NCBI RefSeq assembly: GCF_963921235.1
Contig: NC_086097.1
Location: 182,530,001 to 182,594,000, forward strand
DNA: 64,000 nt
From: Mobula hypostoma
Lineage: Eukaryota
Direction of reading: 5' to 3'
The notes beneath the pieces were generated by a model that was given only the letters and a program-made list of their open reading frames with translations, did no database searches and was not told the DNA's origin. Position 1 is the first letter of the stretch. Every line of letters starts with the position of its first letter. This document shows, piece after piece, positions 1-15,000 of the stretch. Both the position numbers and the translations under genes were made by a program.

Positions 1-3000
1 GGTGAGTGTGGTGTGATTGTGAGACCAGGGTGAGTGTGGTGTGATTGTGAGACCAATGTGAGTGTGGTGTGATTGAGACCAGGGTAAGTGGGTGTGATTG
101 TGAGACCAGGGTGAGTGTGGTGTGATTGTCAGACCAGGGTGAGTGTGGTGTTATTGAGACCAGGGTGAGTGTGGTGTGATTGTGAGACCAGGGTGAGTGT
201 GGTGTGATTGTGAGACCAATGTGAGTGTAGTGTGATTGAGACCAGGGTAAGTGGGTGTGATTGTGAGACCAGGGTGAGTGTGGTGTGATTGAGACCAGGG
301 TGAGTGTGGTGTGATTGTGAGACCAGGGTGAGTGTGGTATGATTGAGACCAGGGTGAGTGTTGTGTGATTGTCAGACCAATCTGAGTGTGGTGTGATTGA
401 GAGTCCAGGGTGAGTGTGGTCTGATTGTGAGACCAGGGTGAGTATGGTATGTTTGAGACCAGGGTGAGTGTGGTGTGATTGTGAGACCAGGGTGAGTGTG
501 GTGCGATTCAGGCCAGGGAGAGTATGGTGTGATTCAGACCAGGGTGAGTGTGGTGTGATTGCGACCAGGGTGAGTGTGGTGTGATTGTGAGACCAGGGTG
601 AATGTGGCGTGATTGTGAGACCAGGGTGAGTGTGGTATGTTTGAGACCAGGGTAAGTGTGGTGTGATTGTGAGACCAGGGTGAGTGTGGTGTGATTGAGA
701 CCAGGGTGAGTGTGGTGTGATTGTGAGACCAGGGTGAGTGTGGTGTGATTGTGAGACCAGGGTGAGTGTGGTGTGATTGAGACCAGGGTGAGTGTGGTGT
801 GATTGTGAGACCAGGGTGAGTGTGGTGTGATTAGAGACCAGGGTGAGTGTGGTGTGATTGTGAGACCAGGGTGAGTGTGGTGTGATTGAGACCAGGGTGA
901 CTGTGGTGTGATTGTGAGACCAGGGTGAGTGTGGTGTGATTGTAAGACTGGGATGATTGTGGTGAGATTGAGACCAATGTGTGCACTTGTGAGACCAGAG
1001 AGAGTGTGGTCTGATTGTGAGACCATGGTGAATGTGGTATGATTGAGACAAGGTTAAGTGTGGTGTGATTGTGAGACCAGGGTGATTGTGGTGTGATGGT
1101 GAGACTGGGGTGATTGTGGTGAGATTGAGACCAATGTGAGTGTGTGTGATTGTGAGACCAGAGTGAGTGTGGTGTGATTGTGAGACCAGGGTGGGTGTGG
1201 TGTGATTGAGACCAGGGTGAGTGTGGTGTGATTGTGAGACCAGGGTGAGTGTGGTGTGATTGAGACCAGGGTGAGTGTGGTGTGATTGTGAGACCAATGT
1301 GAGTGTGGTGTGATTGAGACCAGGGTAAGTGTGGTGTGATTGTGAGACCAGGGTGAGTATGGTGTGATTGAGACCAGGGTGAGTGTGGTATGATTGTGAG
1401 ACCAGGGTGAGTGTGGTGTGATTGTGAGACCAGGGTGAGTGTGGTGTGATTGAGACCAGGGTGAGTGTGGTGTGATTGTGAGACCAGGGTGAGTGTGGTA
1501 TGTTTGAGACCAGGGTGAGTGTGGTGTGATTGAGAGACCAGGGTGAGTGTGGTGTGATTGAGACCAGGGTGAGTGTGGTGTGATTGTCAGACCAGGGTGA
1601 GTGTGGTGTGATTGAGACCAGGGTGAGTGTGGTGTGATTGTGAGACCAGGGTGAGTGTGGTGTGATTGTGAGACCAATGTGAGTGTGGTGTGATTGAGAC
1701 CAGGGTAAGTGTGGTGTGATTGTGAGACCAGGGTGAGTGTGGTGTGATTGTGAGACCAGGGTGAGTGTGGTGTGATTGTGAGACCAGGGTGAGTGTGGTG
1801 TGATTGTGAGACCAGGGTGAGTGTGGTGTGATTGTGAGACCAATGTGAGTGTAGTGTGATTGAGACCAGGGTAAGTGGGTGTGATTGTGAGACCAGGGTG
1901 AGTGTGGTGTGATTGAGACCAGGGTGAGTGTGGTGTGATTGTGAGACCAGGGTGAGTGTGGTGTGATTGAGACCAGGGTGAGTGTGGTGTGATTGTGAGA
2001 CCAGGGTGAGTGTGGTGTGATTGAGAGTCCAGGGTGAGTGTGGTCTGATTGTGAGACCAGGGTGAGTATGGTATGTTTGAGACCAGGGTGAGTGTGGTGT
2101 GATTGTGAGACCAGGGTGAGTGTGGTGGGATTCAGACCAGGGAGAGTATGGTGTGATTCAGACCAGGGTGAGTGTGGTGTGATTGCGACCAGGGTGAGTG
2201 TGGTGTGATTGTGAGACCAGGGTGAATGTGGCGTGATTGTGAGACCAGGGTGAGTGTGGTATGTTTGAGACCAGGGTAAGTGTGGTGTGATTGTGAGACC
2301 AGGGTGAGTGTGGTGTGATTGAGACCAGGGTGAGTGTGGTGTGATTGTGAGACCAGGGTGAGTGTGGTGTGATTGTGAGACCAGGGTGAGTGTGGTGTGA
2401 TTGAGACCAGGGTGAGTGTGGTGTTATTGTGAGACCAGGGTGAGTGTGGTGTGATTGAGACCAGGGTGAGTGTGGTGTGAGTGTGAGACCTGGGTGAGTG
2501 TGGTGTGATTGTGAGACCAGGGTGAGTGTGGTGTGATTGTGAGACCAGGATGATTGTGGTGTGATTGTAAGACTGGGATGATTGTGGTGAGATTGAGACC
2601 AATGTGTGCACTTGTGAGACCAGAGAGAGTGTGGTCTGATTGTGAGACCATGGTGAATGTGGTATGATTGAGACAAGGTTAAGTGTGGTGTGATTGTGAG
2701 ACCAGGGTGATTGTGGTGTGATGGTGAGACTGGGGTGATTGTGGTGAGATTGAGACCAACTTGAGTGTGTGTGATTGTGACACCAGAGTGCGTGTGGTGT
2801 GATTGTGAGACCAGGGTGAGTGTGGTGTGATTGAGACCAGGGTGAGTGTGGTGTGATTGTGAGACCAGGGTGAGTGTGGTGTGATTGAGACCAGGGTGAG
2901 TGTGGTGTGATTGTGAGACCAATGTGAGTGTGGTGTGATTGAGACCAGGGTGAGTGTGGTGTGATTGTGAGACCAGGGTGAGTGTGGTGTGATTGAGACC

Positions 3001-6000
3001 AGGGTGAGTGTGGTGTGATTGTGAGACCAGGGTGAGTGTGGTGTGATTGTGAGACCAGGGTGAGTGTGGTGTGATTGAGACCAGGGTGAGTGTGGTGTGA
3101 TTGTGAGACCAGGGTGAGTGTGGTGTGATTGAGACCAGGGTGAGTGTGGTGTGATTGAGAGACCAGGGTGAGTGTGGTGTGATTGAGACCAGGGTGAGTG
3201 TGGTGTGATTGTCAGACCAGGGTGAGTGTGGTGTGATTGAGACCAGGGTGAGTGTGGTGTGATTGTGAGACCAGGGTGAGTGTGGTGTGATTGTGAGACC
3301 AGGGTGAGTGTGGTGTGATTGAGACCAGGGTAAGTGTGGTGTGATTGTGAGACCAGGGTGAGTGTGGTGTGATTGTCAGACCAGGGTGAGTGTGGTGTGA
3401 TTGAGACCAGGGTGAGTGTGGTGTGATTGTGAGACCAGGGTGAGTGTGGTGTGATTGTGAGACCAATGTGAGTGTGGTGTGATTGAGACCAGGGTAAGTG
3501 TGGTGTGATTGTGAGACCAGGGTGAGTGTGGTGTGATTGAGACCAGGGTGAGTGTGGTGTGATTGTGAGACCAGGGTGAGTGTGGTGTGATTCAGACCAG
3601 GGTGAGTGTGATGTGATTGTGAGACCAGGGTGAGTGTGGTGTGATTGAGACCAGGGTGAGTGTGGTGTGATTGTGAGACCAGGGTGAGTGTGGTGTGATT
3701 GAGACCAGGGTGAGTGTGGTGTGATTGTGAGACCAGGGTGAGTGTGGTGCGATTCAGACCAGGGAGAGTATGGTGTGATTCAGACCAGGGTGAGTGTGGT
3801 GTGATTGCGACCAGGGTGGGTGTGGTGTGATTGGGAGACCAGGGTGAATGTGGCGTGATTGTGAGACCAGGGTGAGTGTGGTATGTTTGAGACCAGGGTA
3901 AGTGTGGTGTGATTGTGAGACCAGGGTGAGTGTGGTGTGATTGAGACCAGGGTGAGTGTGGTGTGATTGTGAGACCAGGGTGAGTGTGGTGTGATTGTGA
4001 GACCAGGGTGAGTGTGGTGTGATTGAGACCAGGGTGAGTGTGGTGTTATTGTGAGACCAGGGTGAGTGTGGTGTGATTGAGACCAGGGTGAGTGTGGTGT
4101 GAGTGTGAGACCTGGGTGAGTGTGCTGTGATTGTGAGACCAGGGTGAGTGTGGTGTGATTGTGAGACCAGGATGATTGTGGTGTGATTGTAAGACTGGGA
4201 TGATTGTGGTGAGATTGAGACCAATGTGTGCACTTGTGAGACCAGAGAGAGTGTGGTCTGATTGTGAGACCATGGTGAATGTGGTATGATTGTGAGACCA
4301 GGGTGAGTGTGGTGTGATTGAGACCAGGGTGAGTGTGGTGTGACTATGAGACGAATGTGAGTGTGGTGTGATTGTCAGACCAAGCTGAGTGTGGTGTTAA
4401 TGAGACCAGGGTGAGTGTGGTGTGATTGTGAGACCAATGTGAGTGTAGTGTGATTGAGACCAGGGTAAGTGTGGTGTGATTGTGAGACCAGGGTGAGTGT
4501 GGTGTGATTGTGAGACCAGGGTGAGTGTGGTGTGATTGAGACCAGGGTGAGTGTGGTGTGATTGTGAGACCAGGGTGAGTGTGGTGTGATTGTGAGACCA
4601 GGGTGAGTGTGGTGTGATTGAGACCAGGGTAAGTGGGTGTGATTGTGAGACCAGGGTGAGTGTGGTGTGATTGAGACCAGGGTGAGTGTGGTGTGATTGT
4701 GAGACCAGGGTGAGTGTGGTGTGATTGTGAGACCAGGGTGAGTGTGGTGTGATTGTGAGACCAGGGTGAGTGTGGTGTGATTGTGAGACCAGGGTGAGTG
4801 TGGTGTGATTGTGAGACCAGGGTGAGTGTGGTGTGATTATGAGACCAGGGTGAGTGTGGTGTGATTGTGAGACCAATGTGAGTGTGGTGTGATTGAGACC
4901 AGGGTAAGTGTCGTGTGATTGTGAGGCCAGGGTGATTGTGTTGTGATTGTGAGGCTAAGGTGATTGTGCTGAGACTGAATCGAATGTCAGTGTGTGTGAT
5001 TGTGAGACCAGAGTGAGTGTGGTGTGATTGTGAGACCAGGGTGAGTGTGGTATGTTTGAGACCAGGGTAAGTGTGGTGTGATTGTGAGACCAGGGTGAGT
5101 GTGGTGTGATTGAGACCAGGGTGAGTGTGGTGTGATTGTGAGACCAGGGTGAGTGTGGTGTGATTGTGAGACCAGGCTGAATGTGGCGTGATTGTGAGAC
5201 CAGGGTGAGTGTGGTATGTTTGAGAACAGGGTAAGTGTGGTGGGATTGTGAGAATAGGGTGAGTGTGGTGTGATTGAGACCAGGGTGAGTGTGGTGTGAG
5301 TGTGAGACCAGGGTGAGTGTGGTGTGATTGTGAGACCAGGGTGAGTGTGGTGTGATTGTGAGACCAGGATGATTGTGGTGTGATTGTAAGACTGGAATGA
5401 TTGTGGTGAGATTGAGACCAATGTTTCTGCTTGTGAGAGCAGAGTGAGTGTGGTCTGATTGTGAGACCATGGTGAATGTGGTATGATTGTGAGACCAGGG
5501 TGAGTGTGGTGTGATTGAGACCAGGGTGAGTGTGGTGTGATTGTGAGACCAATGTGAGTGTGGTGTGATTGTGAGACCAATGTGAGTGTAGTGTGATTGA
5601 GACCAGGGTAAGTGGGTGTGATTGTGAGACCAGGGTGAGTGTGGTGTGATTGTGAGACCAGGGTGAGTGTGGTGTGATTGTGAGACCAGGGTGAGTGTGG
5701 TGTGATTGTGAGACCAGGGTGAGTGTGGTGTGATTGAGACCAGGGTGAGTGTGGTGTGATTGTGAGACCAGGGTGAGTGTGGTGTGATTGTGAGACCAGG
5801 GTGAGTGTGGTGTGATTGAGACCAGGGTGAGTGTGGTGTGAGTGTGAGACCAGGGTGAGTGTGGTGTGATTCAGACCAGGGTGAGTATGGTGTGATTCAG
5901 ACCAGGGTGAGTGTGGTGTGATTGAGACCAGGGTGAGTGTGGTGTGATTCAGACCAGGGTGAGTGTGGTGTGATTGTGATACCAATCTGAGTGTAGTGTG

Positions 6001-9000
6001 ATTGAGAGAAGGGTATGTGTGGTATGATTGAGACCAGGGTGAGTGTGGTGTGATTGTGAGACCAGGGTGAGTGTGGTGTGATTGAGACCAGGGTGAGTGT
6101 GGTGTGATTGTGAGACCAGGGTGAGTGTGGTGTGATTGTGAGACCAGGGTGAGTGTGGTGTGATTGAGACCAGGGTAACTGGGTGTGATTGTGAGACCAG
6201 GGTGAGTGTGGTGTGATTGTGAGACCAGGGGTGATTGTGGTGAGATTGAGACCAGGGTGAGTGTGGTGTGATTGTGAGACCAGAGTGAGTGTGGTGTGAT
6301 TGTGAGACCAGGGTGAGTGTGGTGTGATTGAGAACAGGGTGAATGTGGTGTGATTGTGAGACCAGGGTGAGTGTGGTGTGATTGAGACCAGGGTGAGTGT
6401 GGTGTTATTGTGAGACCAGGGTGAGTGTGGTGTGATTGTGAGACCAGGCTGAATGTGGTGTGATTGTAAGACTGGGATGATTGTGGTGAGATTTAGAACA
6501 ATGTTTCTGCTTGTGAGAGCAGAGTGACTGTGGTCTGATTGTGAGACCATGGTGAATGTGGTATGATTGTGAGACCAGGGTGAGTGTGGTGTGATTGAGA
6601 CCAGGGTGAGTGTGGTGTGACTATGAGACCAGGGTGAGTGTGGTGTGATTGTGAGACCAGGGTGAGTGTGGTGTGATTGTGAGACCAATGTGAGTGTAGT
6701 GTGATTGAGACCAGGGTAAGTGGGTGTGATTGTGAGACCAGGGTGAGTGTGGTGTGATTGTGAGACCAGGGTGAGTGTGGTATGATTGAGACCAGCGTGA
6801 GTGTGGTGTGATTTTGAGACGAATGTGAGTGTGGTGTGATTGTGAGACCAGGGTGAGTGTGGTGTGATTGAGACCAGGGTGAGTGTGGTGTGATTGTGAG
6901 ACCAGGGTGAGTGTGGTGTGATTGTGAGACCAGGGTGAGTGTGGCGTGATTGTGAGACCAGGGTGAGTGTGGTGTGATTGAGACCAGGGTGAGTGTGGTG
7001 TGATTGTGAGACCAGGGTGAGTGTGGTGTGATTGTGAGACCAGGGTGACTGTGGTGTGATTGAGACCAGGGTGAGTGTGGTGTGATTGTGAGACCAGGGT
7101 GAGTGTGGTGTGATTGTGTGACCAGGGTGAGTGTGGTGTGATTGAGACCAGGGTGAGTGTGGTGTGATTGAGACCAGGGTGAGTGTGGTGTGATTCAGAC
7201 CAGGGAGAGTATGGTGTGATTCAGACCAGGGTGAGTGTGGTGTGATTGCGACCAGGGTGAGTGTGGTATGATTGAGACCAGGGTGAGTGTGGTGTGATTG
7301 TGAGACCAATCTGAGTGTAGTGTGATTGAGAGAAGGGTATGTGTGGTATGATTGAGACCAGGGTGAGTGTGGTGTGATTGTGAGACCAGGGTGAGTGTGG
7401 TGTGATTGAGACCAGGGTGAGTGTGGTGTGATTGTGAGACCAGGGTGAGTGTGGTGTGATTGTGAGACCAATGTGAGTGTGGTGTGATTGAGACAAGGTT
7501 AAGTGTGGTGTGATTGTGAGACCAGGGTGAGTGTGGTGTGATTGTGAGACTGGGGTGATGGTGGTGAGATTGAGACCAATGTGAGTGTGTGTGATTGTGA
7601 GACCAGAGTGAGTGTGGTGTGATTGTGAGACCAGGGTGAGTGTGGTGTGATTGAGACCAGGGTGAATGTGGTGTGATTGTGAGACCAGGGTGAGTGTGGT
7701 GTGATTGAGACCAGGGTGAGTGTGGTGTGATTGTGAGACTAATGTGAGTGTGGTGTGATTGAGACCAGGGTAAGTGTGGTGTGATTGTGAGACCAGGGTG
7801 AGTATGGTGTGATTGAGACCAGGGTGAGTGTGGTATGATTGTGAGACCAGGGTGAGTGTGGTGTGATTGTGAGACCAGGGTGAGTGTGGTGTGATTGAGA
7901 CCAGGGTGAGTGTGGTGTGATTGTGAGACCAGGGTGAGTGTGGTGTGATTGAGACCAGGGTGAGTGTGGTGTGATTGTGAGACCAGGGTGAGTGTGGTGT
8001 GATTGAGAGACCAGGGTGAGTGTGGTGTGATTGTGAGACCAGGGTGAGTGTGGTGTGATTGAGACCAGGGTGAGTGTGGTGTGATTGTGAGACCAGGGTG
8101 AGTGTGGTGTGATTCAGACCAGGGAGAGTATGGTGTGATTCAGACCAGGGTGAGTGTGGTGTGATTGCGACCAGGGTGAGTGTGGTGTGATTGTGAGACC
8201 AGGGTGAATGTGGCGTGATTGTGAGACCAGGGTGAGTGTGGTATGTTTGAGACCAGGGTAAGTGTGGTGTGATTGTGAGACCAGGGTGAGTGTGGTGTGA
8301 TTGAGACCAGGGTGAGTGTGGTGTGATTGTGAGACCAGGGTGAGTGTGGTGTGATTGTGAGACCAGGGTGAGTGTGGTGTGATTGAGACCAGGGTGAGTG
8401 TGGTGTGATTGTGAGACCAGGGTGAGTGTGGTGTGATTGAGACCAGGGTGAGTGTGGTGTGAGTGTGAGACCAGGGTGAGTGTGGTGTGATTGTGAGACC
8501 AGGGTGAGTGTGGTGTGATTGTGAGACCAGGGTGAGTGTGGTGTGATTGTGAGACTGGGATGATTGTGGTGAGATTGAGACCAATGTGTGTGCTTGTGAG
8601 ACCAGAGTGAGTGTGGTCTGATTGTGAGACCATGGTGAATGTGGTATGATTGTGAGACCAGGGTGAGTGTGGTGTGATTGAGACCAGGGTGAGTGTGGTG
8701 TGACTATGAGACGAATGTGAGTGTGGTGTGATTGTGAGACCAATGTGAGTGTGGTGTGATTGAGACCAGGGTAAGTGTGGTGTGATTGTGAGACCAGGGT
8801 GATTGTGTTGTGATTGTGAGACTGAGGTGATTGTGGTGAGACTGAATCGAATGTCAGTGTGTGTGATTGTGAGACCAGAGTGAGTGTGGTGTGATTGTGA
8901 GACCAGGGTGAGTGTGGTATGTTTGAGACCAGGGTAAGTGTGGTGTGATTGTGAGACCAGGGTGAGTGTGGTGTGATTGAGACCAGGGTGAGTGTGGTGT

Positions 9001-12000
9001 GAATGTGAGACCAGGGTGAGTGTGGTGTGATTGTGAGACCAGGGTGAATGTGGCGTGATTGTGAGACCAGGGTGAGTGTGGTATGTTTGAGACCAGGGTA
9101 AGTGTGGTGGGATTGTGAGAATAGGGTGAGTGTGGTGTGATTGAGACCAGGGTGAGTGTGGTGTGAGTGTGAGACCAGGGTGAGTGTGGTGTGATTGTGA
9201 GACCACAGTGAGTGTGGTGTGATTGTGAGACCAGGATGATTGTGGTGTGATTGTAAGACTGGAATGATTGTGGTGAGATTGAGACCAATGTTTCTGCTTG
9301 TGAGAGCAGAGTGAGTGTGGTCTGATTGTGAGACCATGGTGAATGTGGTATGATTGTGAGACCAGGGTGAGTGTGGTGTGATTGAGACCAGGGTGAGTGT
9401 GGTGTGATTATGAGACCAATGTGAGTGTGGTGTGATTGTGAGACCAATGTGAGTGTGGTGTGATTGAGACCAGGGTGAGTGTGGTGTGATTGTGAGACCA
9501 GGGTGAGTGTGGTGTGATTTTGAGACTGAGGGGATTGTGGTGAGACTGAATCCAATGAGTGAGTATGGTGTGATTGTGAGACCAGGGTGAGTGTGGTGTG
9601 ATTGTGAGACCAGGGTGAGTGTGGTGTGATTGTGAGACCAGGGTGAGTGTGGTGTGATTGAGACCAGGGTGAGTGTGGTGTGATTCAGACCAGGGTGAGT
9701 GTGGTGTGATTGAGACCAGGGTGAGTGTGGTGTGATTCAGACCAGGGTGAGTGTGGTGTGATTGTGAGACCAGGGTGAGTGTGGTGTGATTCAGACCAGG
9801 GTGAGTGTGGTGTGATTGAGAGACCAGGGTGAGTGTGGTGTGATTGAGACCAGGGTGAGTGTGGTGTGATTGAGACCAGGGTGAGTGTGGTATGATTGAG
9901 ACCAGGGTGAGTGTGGTGTGATTGTGAGACCAGGGTGAGTGTGGTGTGATTGAGACCAGGGTGAGTGTGGTGTGATTGTGAGACCAATGTGAGTGTGGTG
10001 TGATTGAGACCAGGGTAAGTGTGGTGTGATTGTGAGACCAGGGTGAGTGTGGTGTGATTGTCAGACCAGGGTGAGTGTGGTGTGATTGTGAGACCAGGGT
10101 GAGTGTGGTGTGATTGTGAGACCAGGGTGAGTGTGGTGTGATTGTGAGACCAATTTGAGTGTAGTGTGATTGAGAACAGGGTAAGTGGGTGTGATTGTGA
10201 GACCAGGGTGAGTGTGGTGTGATTGTGAGACCAGGGTGAGTGTGGTGTGATTGTGAGACCAGGGTGAGTGTGGTGTGATTGAGACCAGGGTGAGTGTGGT
10301 GTGATTGTGAGACCAGGGTGAGTGTGGTGTGATTGAGACCAGGGTGAGTGTGGTGTGATTGTGAGACCAGGGTGAGTGTGGTGTGATTGAGAGACCAGGG
10401 TGAGTGTGGTGTGATTGTGAGACCAGGCTGAATGTGGCGTAATTGTGAGACCAGGGTGAGTGTGGTGTGATTGTGAGACCAGGGTGAGTGTGGTGTGATT
10501 GAGACCAGGGAGAATATGGTGTGATTCAGACCAGGGTGAGTGTGGTGTGATTGCGACCAGGGTGGGTGTGGTGTGATTGGGAGACCAGGGTGAATGTGGC
10601 GTGATTGTGAGACCAGAGTGAGTGTGGTATGTTTGAGACCAGGGTAAGTGTGGTGTGATTGTGAGACCAGGGTGAGTGTGGTGTGATTGAGACCAGGGTG
10701 AGTGTGGTGTGATTGTGAGACCAGGGTGAGTGTGGTGTGATTGTGAGACCAGGGTGAATGTGGTGTGATTGAGACCAGGGTGAGTGTGGTGTGATTGTGA
10801 GACCAGGGTGAGTGTGGTGTGATTGTGAGACCAGGCTGAATGTGGCGTGATTGTGAGACCAGGGTGAGTGTGGTATGTTTGAGAACAGGGTAAGTGTGGT
10901 GTGATTGTGAGAATAGGGTGAGTGTGGTGTGATTGAGACCAGGGTGAGTGTGGTGTGAGTGTGAGACCAGGGTGAGTGTGGTGTGATTGTGAGACCAGGG
11001 TGAGTGTGGTGTGATTGTGAGACCAGGATGATTGTGGTGTGATTGTAAGACTGGGATGATTGTGGTGAGATTGAGACCAATGTGTGTGCTTGTGAGACCA
11101 GAGTGAGTGTGGTCTGATTGTGAGACCATGGTGAATGTGGTATGATTGTGAGACCAGGGTGAGTGTGGTGTGATTGAGACCAGGGTGAGTGTGGTGTGAC
11201 TATGAGACGAATGTGAGTGTGGTGTGATTGTGAGACCAATGTGAGTGTGGTGTGATTGAGACCAGGGTAAGTGTGGTGTGATTGAGACCAGGGTGAGTGT
11301 GGTGTGATTGTGAGACCAGGGTGATTGTGTTGTGATTGTGAGACTGAGGGGATTGTGGTGAGACTGAATCCAATGTGAGTGTGTGTGATTGTGAGACCAG
11401 GGTGAGTGTGGTATGTTTGAGACCAGGGTAAGTGTGGTGTGATTGTGAGACCAGGGTGAGTGTGGTGTGATTGAGACCAGGGTGAGTGTGGTGTGATTGT
11501 GAGACCAGGGTGAGTGTGGTGTGATTGTGAGACCAGGGTGAGTGTGGTGTGATTGAGACCAGGGTGAGTGTGGTGTGATTGTGAGACCAGGGTGACTGTG
11601 GCCTGATTGTGAGACCAGGCAGAGTGTGGTATGTTTGAGACCAGGGTGAGTGTGGTGTGATTAAGACCAGGGTGAGTGTGGTGTGATTGAGACCAGGGTG
11701 AGTGTGGTGTGATTGAGACCAGAGTGAGTGTGGTGTGATTGTCAGACCAATCTGAGTGTGGTGTGATTGTGAGACCAGGGTGAGTGTGGTGTGATTGTAA
11801 GACTGGAATGATTGTGGTGAGATTGAGACCAATGTTTCTGCTTGTGAGAGCAGAGTGAGTGTGGTGTGATTGTGAGACCAATCTGAGTGTGATGTGATTG
11901 TGAGACCAGGGTGAGTGTGGTGTGATTGAGACCAGGGTGAGTGTGGTGTGATTGTAAGACCAGGGTAAATGTGGCCTTATTCTGAGACGAGGCAGAGTGT

Positions 12001-15000
12001 GGTATGTTTGAGACCAGGGTGAGTGTGGTGTGATTAAGACCAGGGTGAGTGTGGTGTGATTGTGAGACCAGGGTGAGTGTGGTGTGATTGTGAGACCAGG
12101 GTGAGTGTGGTGTGATTGTGAGACCAGGGTGAGTGTGGTGTGATTGTGAGACCAGGGTGAGTGTGGTGTGATTGAGAGACCAGGGTGAGTGTGGTGTGAT
12201 TGAGACCAGGGTGAGTGTGGTGTGATTGTGAGACCAGGGTGAGTGTGGTGTGATTGAGACCAGGGTGAGTGTGGTGTGATTGTGAGACCAATCTGAGTGT
12301 GGTGTGATTGAGACCAGGGTGAGTGTGGTGTGATTGTGAGACCAGGGTGAGTGTGGTGTGATTGTGAGACCAATGTGAGTGTGGTGTGATTGAGACCAGG
12401 GTAAGTGGGTGTGATTGTGAGACCAGGGTGAGTGTGGTGTGATTGAGACCAGGGTGAGTGTGGTGTGATTGTGAGACCAGGGTGAGTGTGGTGTGATTGT
12501 GAGACCAGGGTGAGTGTGGTGTGATTGTGAGACCAGGGTGAGTGTGGTGTGATTGTGAGACCAGGGTGAGTGTGGTGTGATTGTGAGACCAGGGTGAGTG
12601 TGGTGTGATTGTGAGACCAGGGTGAGTGTGGTGTGATTCAGACCAGGGTGAGTGTGATGTGATTGTGAGACCAGGGTGAGTGTAGTGTGATTGAGACCAG
12701 GGTGAGTATGGTGTGATTCAGACCAGGGTGAGTGTGGTGTGATTGCGACCAGGGTGAGTGTGGTGTGATTGTGAGACCAGGGTGAATGTGGCGTGATTGT
12801 GAGACCAGGGTGAGTGTGGTATGTTTGAGACCAGGGTAAGTGTGGTGTGATTGTGAGACCAGGGTGAGTGTGGTGTGATTGAGACCAGGGTGAGTGTGGT
12901 GTGATTGTGAGACCAGGGTGAATGTGGCGTGATTGTGAGACCAGGGTGAGTGTGGTATGTTTGAGACCAGGGTAAGTGTGGTGTGATTGTGAGACCAGGG
13001 TGAGTGTGGTGTGATTGAGACCAGGGTGAGTGTGGTGTGATTGTGAGACCAGGGTGAGTGTGGTGTGATTGTGAGACCAGGGTGAGTGTGGTGTGATTGA
13101 GACCAGGGTGAGTGTGGTGTGATTCAGACCAGGGTGAGTGTGATGTGATTGTGAGACCAGGGTGAGTGTGGTGTGATTTGTGAGACCAGGGTGAGTGTGG
13201 TGTGATTGTGAGACCAGGGTGAGTGTGGTGTGATTGAGACCAGGGTGAGTGTGGTGTGATTGTGAGACCAGGGTGAGTGTGGTGTGATTGAGACCAGGGT
13301 GAGTGTGGTGTGATTGTGAGACCAGGGTGAGTGTGGTGTGATTGTGAGACCAGGGTGAGTGTGGTGTGATTGAGACCAGGGTGAGTGTGGTGTGATTGTG
13401 AGACCAGGGTGAGTGTGGTGTGATTGTGAGACCAATGTGAGTGTAGTGTGATTGAGACCAGGGTAAGTGGGTGTGATTGTGAGACCAGGGTGATTGTGGT
13501 GTGATTGAGACCAGGGTGAGTGTGGTGTGATTGTGAGACCAGGGTGAGTGTGGTATGATTGAGACCAGGGTGAGTGTTGTGTGATTGTCAGACCAATCTG
13601 AGTGTGGTGTGCTTTATACCAGGGTGAGTGTGATGTGATTGTGATACCAATCTGAGTGTGGTGTGATTGAGAGACCAGGGTGAGTGTGGTGTGATTGTGA
13701 GACCAGGGTGAGTGTGGTGTGATTGTGAGACCAATGTGAGTGTGGTGTGATTGAGACCAGGGTAAGTGGGTGTGATTGTGAGACCAGGGTGATTGTGGTG
13801 TGATTGAGACCAGGGTGAGTGTGGTGTGATTGTGAGACCAGGGTGAGTGTGGTGTGATTAGTGAGACCAGGGTGAGTGTGGTGTGATTGTGAGACCAGGG
13901 TGAGTATGGTGTGATTGAGACCAGGGTGAGTGTGGTATGATTGTGAGACCAGGGTGAGTGTGGTGTGATTGTGAGACCAGGGTGAGTGTGGTGTGATTGA
14001 GACCAGGGTGAGTGTGGTGTGATTGTGAGACCAGGGTGAGTGTGGTGCGATTTAGACCAGGGAGAGTATGGTGTGATTCAGACCAGGGTGAGTGTGGTGT
14101 GATTGCGACCAGGGTGAGTGTGGTGTGATTGTGAGACCAGGGTGAATGTGGTGTGATTGTGAGACCAGGGTGAGTGTGGTATGTTTGAGACCAGGGTAAG
14201 TGTGGTGTGATTGTGAGACCAGGGTGAGTGTGGTGTGATTGAGACCAGGGTGAGTGTGGTGTGATTGTGAGACCAGGGTGAATGTGGTGTGATTGTGAGA
14301 CCAGGGTGAGTGTGGTATGTTTGAGACCAGGGTAAGTGTGGTGTGATTGTGAGACCAGGGTGAGTGTGGTGTGATTGAGACCAGGGTGAGTGTGGTGTGA
14401 TTGTGAGACCAGGGTGAGTGTGGTGTGATTGTGAGACCAGGGTGAGTGTGGTGTGATTGTGAGACCAGGGTGAGTGTGGTGTGATTGAGACCAGGGTGAG
14501 TGTGGTGTGATTGAGACCAGGGTGAGTGTGGTGTGATTCAGACCAGGGTGAGTGTGGTGTGATTGTGAGACCAGGGTGAGTGTGGTGTGATTGAGACCAG
14601 GGTGAGTGTGGTGTGATTGTGAGACCAGGGTGAGTGTGGTGTGATTGAGACCAGGGTGAGTGTGGTGTGATTGTGAGACCAGTGTGAGTGTGGTGTGATT
14701 GTCAGACTAGGGTGAGTGTGGTGTGATTGAGACCAGGGTGAGTGTGGTGTGATTGTGAGACCAGGGTGAGTGTGGTGTGATTGTGAGACTAATGTGAGTG
14801 TGGTGTGATTGAGACCAGGGTAAGTGTGGTGTGATTGTGAGACCAGGGTGAGTGTGGTGTGATTGAGACCAGGGTGAGTGTGGTGTGATTGTGAGACCAG
14901 GGTGAGTGTGGTGTGATTGTGAGACCAGGGTGAGTGTGGTGTGATTGTCAGACCAGGGTGAGTGTGGTGTGATTGAGAGACCAGGGTGAGTGTGGTGTGA